Sequence record: SRR20825006_2950
Reading direction: 5' to 3' (one strand)
DNA: 33,047 nt
Shown: one piece after another, positions 25,003 to 33,047 of the stretch
Position numbering within the stretch: position 1 is the stretch's first letter
Layout: each line of letters opens with the position of its first letter
The notes under the pieces: model-generated
Database searches by the model: none
Seen by the model: only the letters and a program-made list of their open reading frames with translations
What the model was told of the DNA's origin: nothing
Program-made: the position numbers and the translations under genes

Positions 25003-26010
25003 ATGCTGAAATTTCTGCTCAACAAATTGGTACTTATTGTACCGACCTTTATCGGCATCACGATCGTAGCCTTTGGCTTTGTACGCGTGCTGCCGGGGGA
25101 TCCGATTCTTGCCCTTGCGGGGGAACGAGGCGTTGATCCAGAACGCTATCAACAATTGCTGGTTCAGTTTGGTTTTGACCGCCCCATTTGGGAACAATAT
25201 TTCTCCTATGTAATAGACCTATTTCAAGGAGACTTTGGCACGTCAATTGCAACCAAGCGTCCAGTGTTGAATGAGTTCATGGCGCTTTTTCCTGCAACGG
25301 TTGAACTGGCCACTTGTGCCATTATCTTTGCCACTTTGATTGGCATTCCGGCCGGTATCATCTCCGCTGTTAAACGCGGGTCATGGTTCGACCAATTGAC
25401 CATGGGCACTGCCCTTGCTGGTTATTCCATGCCGATCTTTTGGTGGGGCCTTTTGCTCATCATTCTGTTTTCCGGCACATTGGGGTGGACACCTGTTTCA
25501 GGCCGCATCTCGCTTCTTTACTTCTTCCCGCAGGTCACAGGCTTTATGCTGATTGACAGTTTGCTTTCAGGTCAGGCGGGTGCTTTCCGGTCGGCGGTGT
25601 TGCATTTGATTTTGCCCACCATCGTTTTGGGCACCATTCCATTGGCGGTGATTGCACGGCAAACACGTTCTGCCATGTTGGAAGTTTTGGGTGAAGACTA
25701 TGTGCGGACTGCACGCGCCAAAGGCTTGGAACAAGTTCAGGTGGTTGGCGTGCATGCGTTGCGCAACGCGCTTATTCCGGTGATCACTACCATCGGCTTG
25801 CAAGTAGGCGTGCTGCTTGGCGGTGCAATTTTGACTGAAACCATCTTCTCTTGGCCGGGTATTGGCAAATGGATGCTGGATAGTATTTCACGGCGTGACT
25901 ACCCATCCGTTCAAGGTGGGCTGGTTTTGATCGCGTTGATCGTCATGATGGTCAATCTTACGGTTGATGTGCTTTATGGCCTGATCAACCCACGCATTCG
26001 GCATCAGTAA
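25003..26010 (+). CDS. dppB: Dipeptide ABC permease
   Basis: LPGDP, FPATVELA, YSMPIFWWGLL, EDYVRTARAKG (EAA motif), RRDYP, INPRIR. Confidence 0.95.
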   Translation: MLKFLLNKLVLIVPTFIGITIVAFGFVRVLPGDPILALAGERGVDPERYQQLLVQFGFDRPIWEQYFSYVIDLFQGDFGTSIATKRPVLNEFMALFPATVELATCAIIFATLIGIPAGIISAVKRGSWFDQLTMGTALAGYSMPIFWWGLLLIILFSGTLGWTPVSGRISLLYFFPQVTGFMLIDSLLSGQAGAFRSAVLHLILPTIVLGTIPLAVIARQTRSAMLEVLGEDYVRTARAKGLEQVQVVGVHALRNALIPVITTIGLQVGVLLGGAILTETIFSWPGIGKWMLDSISRRDYPSVQGGLVLIALIVMMVNLTVDVLYGLINPRIRHQ

Positions 26011-26021
26011 GGAGAAGCGAA

Positions 26022-26948
26022 ATGACTGATCCTACGTTGAAAAATATCGACCAAGATGTCGTTAAAGAAGAAGCCCGCAAGGCGCGTTGGTCTGTGCTCA
26101 ATGAATTTTGGCACTATTTTAGCGCCAACAAAGGGGCCGTGATTGGCCTTTGCATTGTCGGCTTTATGATCTTGATGGCCGTTTTGGCGCCAGTGATCGC
26201 ACCACATGATCCGAACTTGCAAAATCGGGATGCGTTTTTGACGCCACCATTTTGGCAGGACGGTGGCAGCTTGACCTTTATTTTGGGTACCGATGCGGTG
26301 GGCCGTGATATTCTTTCACGCCTGATGCATGGTGCGCGGTTCTCGCTGTTTATTGGTGTGGTTGTTGTGACCATCTCTCTGATTGGTGGCATTATGATTG
26401 GCCTGATTGCGGGTTATTTCCGCGGCTGGGTTGATACGCTGATCATGCGGGTGATGGACATCATCCTTGCCTTCCCCTCATTGCTGCTGGCCTTGGTGCT
26501 TGTGGCGATTTTGGGACCTGGCTTGGTGAATGCCATGATTGCGATTGCCATTGTGTTGCAGCCACACTTCGCACGGTTGACCCGTGCGGCCGTGATGTCT
26601 GAAGCCAACCGGGAATATGTGACCAGCGCTAAAGTGGCTGGTGCCGGGCATTTGCGCTTGATGTTTAAAACCATCTTGCCAAACTGTTTGGCCCCGCTGA
26701 TCGTTCAGGCCACCTTGTCCTTCTCTACCGCTATTTTGGATGCGGCGGCGTTGGGCTTTTTGGGCATGGGCGCTCAACCCCCTACCCCTGAATGGGGCAC
26801 CATGTTGGCGGAAGCACGTGAATTTGTGTTGCGCGCATGGTGGGTTGTCACCTTCCCAGGTCTTGCCATTCTGGTCACCGTTTTGGCGATCAATCTGGTG
26901 GGCGATGGATTGCGCGATGCGCTTGACCCGAAACTCAAGCGGAGCTGA
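26022..26948 (+). CDS. dppC: Dipeptide ABC permease
   Basis: LGTDAVGRDILSRL, REYVTSAKVAGA, GAQPPTPEWG, GDGLRDALDPKLK. Confidence 0.95.
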   Translation: MTDPTLKNIDQDVVKEEARKARWSVLNEFWHYFSANKGAVIGLCIVGFMILMAVLAPVIAPHDPNLQNRDAFLTPPFWQDGGSLTFILGTDAVGRDILSRLMHGARFSLFIGVVVVTISLIGGIMIGLIAGYFRGWVDTLIMRVMDIILAFPSLLLALVLVAILGPGLVNAMIAIAIVLQPHFARLTRAAVMSEANREYVTSAKVAGAGHLRLMFKTILPNCLAPLIVQATLSFSTAILDAAALGFLGMGAQPPTPEWGTMLAEAREFVLRAWWVVTFPGLAILVTVLAINLVGDGLRDALDPKLKRS

Positions 26949-26953
26949 TCATT

Positions 26954-27808
26954 ATGACCAATGTACTTCATATTGAAAATTTGACAGTGATGTTTGACAC
27001 CGCTGACGGCCCGTTTAAGGCCGTTGATGGGGTGAACTTTAAGGTCGATCAAAATGACATTCTCGCCATTGTGGGCGAGAGTGGCTCTGGCAAATCTGTG
27101 TCAATGTTGGCTGTGATGGGTCTTTTGCCCAAAACCGCAACCATCACCGCAGATAAGATTGAATTTGAAGGGCGTGACATTAGCAATCTGAGTGATCGGG
27201 ATCGTCGCCATATTATTGGCAAAGACATTTCCATGATCTTTCAGGAGCCAATTGCCAGCCTCAACCCCTGTTTCACAGTGGGCTTTCAAATTCATGAAAT
27301 GTTGCGCACGCACACCAAGCTGAACAAAAAAGAGCGGGCGGCACGCGCGCTTGAATTGTTCAATCTGGTGGGCATTCCAGACCCGGAAAAGAAGCTGAAA
27401 AGCTTCCCACACCAATTGTCTGGAGGCCAGTGCCAACGGGTGATGATTGCCATGGCCATTTCATGTGATCCAAAGCTTTTGATCGCTGATGAGCCAACAA
27501 CAGCGCTTGATGTGACCATTCAAAAACAGATCCTTGATTTGCTTTTGGATATTCAGGCCAAAACCAATATGGCGCTTATCATGATCACTCATGATATGGG
27601 CGTTGTGGCGGAGACGGCTCATCGGGTTGTGGTGCAATATAAGGGCCAGCAAATGGAAGAAGCCAATGTGCTTGATCTGTTTGAGAACCCACAAAATGCA
27701 TACACCAAAGCGTTGCTTTCAGCCTTGCCAGAACGTGCGGAAGGCGATCGCCTGCCTACCGTTTCTGACTTTGCTGAAACATTTGCAAAAGAGGAGGCAA
27801 GTCAATGA
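26954..27808 (+). CDS. dppD: Dipeptide ABC ATPase
   Basis: [47 protein letters not shown]. Confidence 0.94.
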   Translation: MTNVLHIENLTVMFDTADGPFKAVDGVNFKVDQNDILAIVGESGSGKSVSMLAVMGLLPKTATITADKIEFEGRDISNLSDRDRRHIIGKDISMIFQEPIASLNPCFTVGFQIHEMLRTHTKLNKKERAARALELFNLVGIPDPEKKLKSFPHQLSGGQCQRVMIAMAISCDPKLLIADEPTTALDVTIQKQILDLLLDIQAKTNMALIMITHDMGVVAETAHRVVVQYKGQQMEEANVLDLFENPQNAYTKALLSALPERAEGDRLPTVSDFAETFAKEEASQ

Positions 27809-28632
27809 GCGAAGCTGTGATTAAAGCCACTGACATTTGCCGCGATTATGTCACCAAAGGCACCATGTTCAAAAAAGGCGACGTGGTGCGTGCCCTTAAA
27901 GGCGTCAGCTTTGAGCTGAAAAAAGGGGAAACCCTTGCGCTGGTGGGTGAAAGTGGCTGTGGCAAATCAACATTGGCCCGCATTTTGACGTTGATTGATG
28001 CGCAAACATCTGGTGATTTGGAAATTGATGGTCAAAAGATCGACATCAGCAAAAACTCACCAACCAGCGCGATGCGCCAGCATGTGCAAATCGTATTTCA
28101 AAACCCTTATGGCTCGCTAAACCCGCGCCAGAAGGTTGGCGAAATTCTTGAGGAGCCCTTGGTCATCAACACCGATATGCCCGCCAAAGAGCGGCGCGAA
28201 TTGGCGATGGCTATGCTGCTCAAAGTGGGGCTGGATGCTGTGCATTATGGCCGCTATCCGCACATGTTCTCTGGCGGTCAACGCCAGCGGATCGCGATTG
28301 CGCGTGCCTTGATGTTGCGGCCAGATATTTTGGTTCTTGATGAGCCAGTATCTGCCCTCGATTTGTCCGTTCAAGCGCAAATCTTGAACCTGTTGGCGGA
28401 TTTGCAGGACGAGTTCAATCTCTCCTACATCTTTATTTCCCACGATTTGTCTGTGGTGAAATATATCGCTGACCGGGTGATGGTGATGTATTTTGGTGAA
28501 ATTGTTGAGCAAAATACGCGGGATGAAATTTTCAACAACCCGCAGCACGACTATACCAAAACTTTGTTGGCCGCCACGCCGCGCGCCAGCATTGAATCGA
28601 TCAGAAAACGCTTGGGTGTGGACGCCGCATAG
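27805..28632 (+). CDS. dppF: Dipeptide ABC ATPase
   Basis: GESGCGKST, VFQNPYGSLNPR, YPHMFSGGQRQR, DEPVSALDLS; ATGA overlap with dppD. Confidence 0.94.
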   Translation: MSEAVIKATDICRDYVTKGTMFKKGDVVRALKGVSFELKKGETLALVGESGCGKSTLARILTLIDAQTSGDLEIDGQKIDISKNSPTSAMRQHVQIVFQNPYGSLNPRQKVGEILEEPLVINTDMPAKERRELAMAMLLKVGLDAVHYGRYPHMFSGGQRQRIAIARALMLRPDILVLDEPVSALDLSVQAQILNLLADLQDEFNLSYIFISHDLSVVKYIADRVMVMYFGEIVEQNTRDEIFNNPQHDYTKTLLAATPRASIESIRKRLGVDAA

Positions 28633-28656
28633 GTGGCCATTACATCATTAAGTTTG

Positions 28657-28686
28657 AAAGGGCGCTGCATTCGTAGCGCCCTTTTT
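28657..28686. terminator. Bidirectional intrinsic terminator (dppF / FAD oxidoreductase)
   Basis: AAAGGGCGCTGC-ATTC-GTAGCGCCCTTTTT. Confidence 0.82.
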
Positions 28687-29929
28687 ATTTAACTTCGCTC
28701 AAAATTTGCCGTGCTACGCGATCAGCACTGCCTGCGCTGAGCACCCAGCCATACATGCCATGACCTGTGTTGATATATGCATTTTTCTGCGTCAAACGGC
28801 CTATAACTGGCTGGCTGTTTGGTGTGAGTGGCCGGAAGCCCATCCATGGGGATAGGTCCCCATCATCCAGCGCCACCAATGGAAAGCGCTCAAACAATTT
28901 TGCTTTAAACGTGTTGAGGCGTCTCGCAGAGATGCCACGTTGGTGGGGCACAAAATCAGCATAACCCGCATAGCGGATGCGATCGCCCAAACGGGTGACC
29001 ACTGCCTTGTTTTCACTATCCGTGATGGCCAAATCTGGCACGGCCTTGCCCATGGGGAGCGACAAGCTATAGCCAGCCATGGGGGCCAAAGGCAGGTTTT
29101 TGCCTAAGCGCGCGCATAGATCGACCGATTGCAGCCCGGCGCAAATGACAAAGGCATCCGCTTCGACGCGCCCCTGGTCGGTGATGAGGTAACGCATTTC
29201 TTGCTGGTCCATCACCACATCAAGCACTTTATGGTTTGGCAAAAACTCGCCGCTATTGGTTTCAATCAGATGGCGAAGCGCGGCGCGGGCAAATTTGCGT
29301 GCATCACCAACTGCATCGCCGGGGCTATATATGCCGCCTTTACAGCGGCCCTGAAACTGGATGAAGGTCGGCTCTTTGCGCACCACGCCTTCATGGTCCA
29401 ACACTTCAATTTCGGCACCCAGCTTCTTTTTCTGGTCAGCCCATAATTGCGCGGCGGTGAAATTGGGGTTGGCCCCTAGCAGGGTCACTTTGCCAGAAGC
29501 GCGATAGTCGAAATCAAAATCATAAGTGTCGAGCCACTCTTGAAACACTGCTTTTGAAGCAAGGCTCAACTGCAGATTGGCGAGGCTGTTTTTTTCAAAC
29601 TGGCTAGCCCGGGCCTCGTTTAAGAAACGCACTGCCCATGTAAAATAGTCCTTCACCCATAGAGGGCTCAATTTACCGCTGGGTGATTGACCCGTGAGGA
29701 TTTTGGGCATTAGCCCCATCAAGGCAGGTGAAGCAACAGCATCAACCGAGGTGAAGCTCAATTGGGCGGCATTTTGCGCGCTGGTCGCTGTGGCAGCATC
29801 GGGCGCCGCATCGATGATAATTGGATATGCACCCAGCTCTTTGAGCCGCAATGCGGTGGTGACCCCAACAATGCCCGCGCCAATGATAGCGACCTTTGGA
29901 CCTGTTTGCGCAAATTGCTCCTGAGCCAC
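28685..29929 (-). CDS. FAD-dependent oxidoreductase, D-amino acid dehydrogenase (DadA/DAO)-like
   Basis: VAIIGAGIVG, TSAQNAAQLS, GYSLSL, WMGFRPLTP..PVIG, NTGHGMYGW..SAGS; probable GTG start 29929 behind AAAGGA. Confidence 0.85.
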   Translation of the reverse strand: MAQEQFAQTGPKVAIIGAGIVGVTTALRLKELGAYPIIIDAAPDAATATSAQNAAQLSFTSVDAVASPALMGLMPKILTGQSPSGKLSPLWVKDYFTWAVRFLNEARASQFEKNSLANLQLSLASKAVFQEWLDTYDFDFDYRASGKVTLLGANPNFTAAQLWADQKKKLGAEIEVLDHEGVVRKEPTFIQFQGRCKGGIYSPGDAVGDARKFARAALRHLIETNSGEFLPNHKVLDVVMDQQEMRYLITDQGRVEADAFVICAGLQSVDLCARLGKNLPLAPMAGYSLSLPMGKAVPDLAITDSENKAVVTRLGDRIRYAGYADFVPHQRGISARRLNTFKAKLFERFPLVALDDGDLSPWMGFRPLTPNSQPVIGRLTQKNAYINTGHGMYGWVLSAGSADRVARQILSEVK

Positions 29930-30018
29930 GATTGGCCATCCTTTGGTAAAACTGCTAATAATCGCCACAAAAGTGCGCGATATTGCGCGAAAATTCAAAT
30001 CATTGTTGAACGGTTTTT

Positions 30019-31485
30019 ATGGATATCCCCACCGCCCCTTTAGGCCAAAGCTTTGCCGCCCTGCCCGATCTGTTTTATGCGCCTGTTGCGCCCACCCCCG
30101 TGGCTGCGCCTGCTTGGATTGGCTTTAACAGCAAATTGGCAGACGCGCTGAACCTGGACGAAGCATTTTGGTGTAGCGAAGAGGGCATGGCCATTTTATC
30201 CGGCAACAAAACCTCGCCGCACAGTCAACCGGTTGCCATGGCCTATGCCGGGCACCAATTCGGCAATTGGGTCCCACAATTGGGGGATGGCCGGGCCCAC
30301 ATTTTGGGCGACGTGACCGGGCCAGACGGCCACATTTATGATGTGCAGTTGAAAGGATCGGGGCCGACGCCCTTTTCCCGCAATGGCGATGGCCGCGCAG
30401 CGCTTGGCCCTGTTTTACGCGAATATGTGATGAGCGAAGCCATGTACTCTTTGGGCGTGCCCACCACGCGCGCGCTGGCCGCCATATCGACTGGTGAACG
30501 AGTACAACGAGAAACGGGATTGCCCGGCGCAATTTTGACGCGCCTTGGCACCAGCTTTGTGCGTGTTGGCACCTTCCAATATTTCATGGCGCGCGGCCAG
30601 CATGAAGCGCTTGCTCAATTGGCTGACTTTGTGATTGAGCGACACTACCCTGAATTGCGCGATGCTGAGCATAAATATGTCAAATTGCTGGAAGCGATTA
30701 TTGCGCGGCAGGCTAAATTGATCGCCAAATGGCAATTGATCGGCTTTATCCATGGGGTGATGAATACAGACAATATGGCCGTTTCAGGCGAGACCATCGA
30801 TTATGGCCCCTGCGCCTTTACGGATCATTATCATCCCGAGACTGTGTTCAGTTCGATTGATGAGTTTGGCCGCTATGCCTATCACAATCAACCGCGGATC
30901 GCGCGCTGGAATTTGGGTGTACTTGCCCAATGCTTTTTACCGATTTTGCATGACAATGAAGATGCCGCTGTGCAGCTGGCACAAGATGCAATCAATGAAT
31001 TTGCGCCGCAATATGACGATGCTTTTCAACGTGGCCTATGCGCCAAGATTGGATTGCCTTTCTCCGATGAGAATATGGCGATTGCTGTTGCGTTTTTGGA
31101 TCTATTGCAAAAACACAATCTCGATTTCACCAATAGTTTCCGCGCTTTGGTTGATCTTGACCCAGCCGAGATTGAAACAAATGCCGAAAAGTTCGAAGGC
31201 GCTGGCTGGCGTGATTGGATGAGCAAATGGACCGCAGCGCATGCGGATGAAACCACTTTGCTTGCGGACCGACAGGAAATGATGCGACGCTCAAATCCAC
31301 GCTTTATCCCCCGCAATCATTTGATGGAACGGATGATTGAAGAGGCGATGGAAGGAGATTTGAGCCTGTTCAACACGCTCAACAAAGTCTACCAGCACCC
31401 GTTTGACGATCAGCCAGAGTTTGAACAGTTTACTGCGCCGCCAAAAGATGAAGAGCGGGTGCTTCGCACTTTTTGCGGCACCTAA
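30019..31485 (+). CDS. selO: Protein adenylyltransferase SelO/YdiU
   Basis: YAGHQFG..VPQLGDGRA, QLKGSGPTPFSRNGDGRA, GVPTTRAL, HGVMNTDN, TIDYGP, NPRFIPRNH, C-terminal TFCGT. Confidence 0.95.
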   Translation: MDIPTAPLGQSFAALPDLFYAPVAPTPVAAPAWIGFNSKLADALNLDEAFWCSEEGMAILSGNKTSPHSQPVAMAYAGHQFGNWVPQLGDGRAHILGDVTGPDGHIYDVQLKGSGPTPFSRNGDGRAALGPVLREYVMSEAMYSLGVPTTRALAAISTGERVQRETGLPGAILTRLGTSFVRVGTFQYFMARGQHEALAQLADFVIERHYPELRDAEHKYVKLLEAIIARQAKLIAKWQLIGFIHGVMNTDNMAVSGETIDYGPCAFTDHYHPETVFSSIDEFGRYAYHNQPRIARWNLGVLAQCFLPILHDNEDAAVQLAQDAINEFAPQYDDAFQRGLCAKIGLPFSDENMAIAVAFLDLLQKHNLDFTNSFRALVDLDPAEIETNAEKFEGAGWRDWMSKWTAAHADETTLLADRQEMMRRSNPRFIPRNHLMERMIEEAMEGDLSLFNTLNKVYQHPFDDQPEFEQFTAPPKDEERVLRTFCGT

Positions 31486-31547
31486 TCTAGATCAATTGCA
31501 TTGCCGTCGCTTTAGGATAGGCTTTGCCGCATGAATGGAGGGCGTTC

Positions 31548-32771
31548 ATGCGGAAACCAGAAAATAGCCAAGTTAAATTAAAGCGAACCCTGTCTCTGCC
31601 CATGCTGGTTTTTTACGGCGTCGGCGTGACCATTGGGGCAGGTATCTTCGCCCTTATTGGCGAAATCGTTGGCCTTGCGGGCAAGCAGGCGCCGCTTGCC
31701 TTTTTACTGGCGGGCATAATTGCAGCAGCCACGGGCCTAAGCTATGCGAAGCTCTCCTCGGTTTATCCCCGTGCAGGTGGCGAGGCCGTGTTTGTGAATA
31801 TTGGGATTGGTCCATTTTGGGGGCGCGTAGTCGGCTTGGGTGTAACCGCTACAGCGATTATCTCAAGTGCGGTTGTTGCGCTTGCCTTTGCCGGATATTT
31901 CCAAAAATTGCTGGCGCTGCCCACCCCGCTGATCACCAGCGTCATCATCCTCACCTTGGCAGGCATTGCCTGGTTCGGCGTGCGAGAAAGTGTCATTTTC
32001 GCTGCCATCATCACGCTGCTGGAGATCGGCACATTGGTGGTGATCGGCTTTTTGGGTGTGCCCAATTTAAATGATGTTTCTTTTCTGGCGCAAAGCCTGA
32101 ACCCGCTTGCCGAGCACGCCGATATGATGGCCGTGAGCACCGCGGCTATGATCGCGTTTTTTGCCTTTGTCGGCTTTGAAGACATCGAAAACATGGCCGA
32201 AGAAACCAAAGACCCGCACAAGACTGTGCCACGGGCCATCCTGATTACGCTGGGTCTTACTGTGATCGTTTATATGTTGGTGGCGCTGGTGGCGGTGAGC
32301 AGCATGGACCAAGCTGCATTGGCTTCAAGCAAAGCCCCGTTAGCGGATTTGTTCTCCGCCCTTACAGGCCAGAGCGGGGCACCCATCGCGGTGATTGCCA
32401 CCATTGCCATGGTAAACGGCATTTTGGTGCAAATCATCATGGCCTCTCGTGTGCTTTATGGCATGGCGAACGAAGGGTTGGTGCCGCGTATTTTTGGCAA
32501 ATTGGATGTACAGCGGCAAACACCACTCTTTTCCACCTGGTTTGTGGCGGGCCTCACCATTGTGCTGGCGGTTAGTTTTCCGCTGGTGCATTTGGCACAG
32601 GCCACGAGTGCCATCATCTTGTTCGTCTTTAGCTTGGTGAACTTTTCGCTGTGGCAGATCGCCCGTCGCAAAGATGCACCCGCTGCATTGCGCAATTGGC
32701 AATGGCTTGGCCTGTTTGGGGCGTTGATTTCGGCAGGATTGTTGCTGAGTGAAGCAGTGAAATTTCTATAG
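31548..32771 (+). CDS. APC-superfamily amino acid permease
   Basis: LKRTLSL..YGVGVTIGAGIF, SYAKLSSVYPRAGGE, FFAFVGFEDI..AEETKDP, SRVLYGMA; RBS GGAGGG. Confidence 0.9.
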   Translation: MRKPENSQVKLKRTLSLPMLVFYGVGVTIGAGIFALIGEIVGLAGKQAPLAFLLAGIIAAATGLSYAKLSSVYPRAGGEAVFVNIGIGPFWGRVVGLGVTATAIISSAVVALAFAGYFQKLLALPTPLITSVIILTLAGIAWFGVRESVIFAAIITLLEIGTLVVIGFLGVPNLNDVSFLAQSLNPLAEHADMMAVSTAAMIAFFAFVGFEDIENMAEETKDPHKTVPRAILITLGLTVIVYMLVALVAVSSMDQAALASSKAPLADLFSALTGQSGAPIAVIATIAMVNGILVQIIMASRVLYGMANEGLVPRIFGKLDVQRQTPLFSTWFVAGLTIVLAVSFPLVHLAQATSAIILFVFSLVNFSLWQIARRKDAPAALRNWQWLGLFGALISAGLLLSEAVKFL

Positions 32772-32775
32772 GTGA

Positions 32776-32802
32776 TCCGCCGAGCCAGAATGGCCCGGCG
32801 GA
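32776..32802. terminator. GC-rich hairpin between convergent APC permease and dctM
   Basis: TCCGCCGAGCCA-GAA-TGGCCCGGCGGA (one mismatch); weak U-tracts. Confidence 0.5.
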
Positions 32803-32809
32803 ATAAGAT

Positions 32810-33047
32810 TTATCGCGTGATGATTTCCGGCCCCATCATCGCATAGGGGAGCAGCGTTGATAGCTGGGGCGTGTACGTCACAATCACCAAGAAGATCAAC
32901 AACACTGCTACGAACGGTGCTGCCGCTTTCACCACTTGAATGAGGCTCATGCCCGTTATGCCCGAGGTCACAAACAGGTTGAGGCCAATGGGTGGCGTGA
33001 TCATACCGATCTCCATATTCACCACCATGATGATGCCCAAATGGATC
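32810..33047 (-). CDS. dctM: TRAP transporter large permease, C-terminal fragment (gene continues beyond the window)
   Basis: HLGIIMVVNMEIGMITPPIGLNLFV is the DctM C-terminal signature. Confidence 0.88.
   Translation of the reverse strand, partial: IHLGIIMVVNMEIGMITPPIGLNLFVTSGITGMSLIQVVKAAAPFVAVLLIFLVIVTYTPQLSTLLPYAMMGPEIITR

Noticed and set aside
31465-31500. Selenocysteine read-through in SelO
   Set aside because: The gene ends TFCGT-TAA with no in-frame TGA.
32810-33047. dctM fragment as the missing ectoine TRAP importer (UehC/TeaC)
   Set aside because: About 20 kb from the eut cluster, only the C-terminus is visible, and it resembles generic C4-dicarboxylate DctM; the substrate cannot be assigned.
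1-33047. CRISPR arrays, tandem repeats, IS elements, prophage or defence genes
   Set aside because: No regularly spaced repeats or relevant protein motifs seen; nearly all of the sequence is explained by recognisable metabolic and housekeeping genes.

Overview
Chromosomal window from an alphaproteobacterium (inferred Hyphomicrobiales-like from the rnd-lptCAB-rpoN-hpf-ptsN and Hsp20-DUF1150 context). From left to right it holds: a 5'-truncated tRNA-Leu(CAG); a tripartite tricarboxylate transporter (tctCBA); an ectoine/hydroxyectoine catabolic cluster; a Leu/Phe/Val dehydrogenase; mscL; rnd-lptC-lptA-lptB-rpoN; a glutaminase in reverse orientation between rpoN and hpf-ptsN; Hsp20-DUF1150; an orphan GT2; dppABCDF; a D-amino-acid dehydrogenase-like FAD enzyme; selO/ydiU; an APC permease; and the 3' end of a TRAP dctM. 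I see no mobile element, phage or CRISPR. The most unusual part is the ectoine cluster. It is split into two divergent arms (eutB-flavoprotein-eutC-asnC-doeC-doeD and eutD-argE-gntR). It has an ArgE/M20A deacetylase where EutE is expected and a FadR-type GntR regulator instead of the MocR-type EnuR, with twin mirror-image operators. It also carries an Isf-like flavoprotein lacking the Fe-S cysteine motif, and has no eutA or dedicated importer. Other notable non-coding signals are an FNR/FixK-type box at -41.5 relative to the inferred hpf start site, a sigma54-like site over the rpoN promoter, a sigma32 promoter for Hsp20, and an anti-Shine-Dalgarno loop in the terminator behind the heat-shock operon. 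All calls come from reading motifs by eye; no database searches were run.
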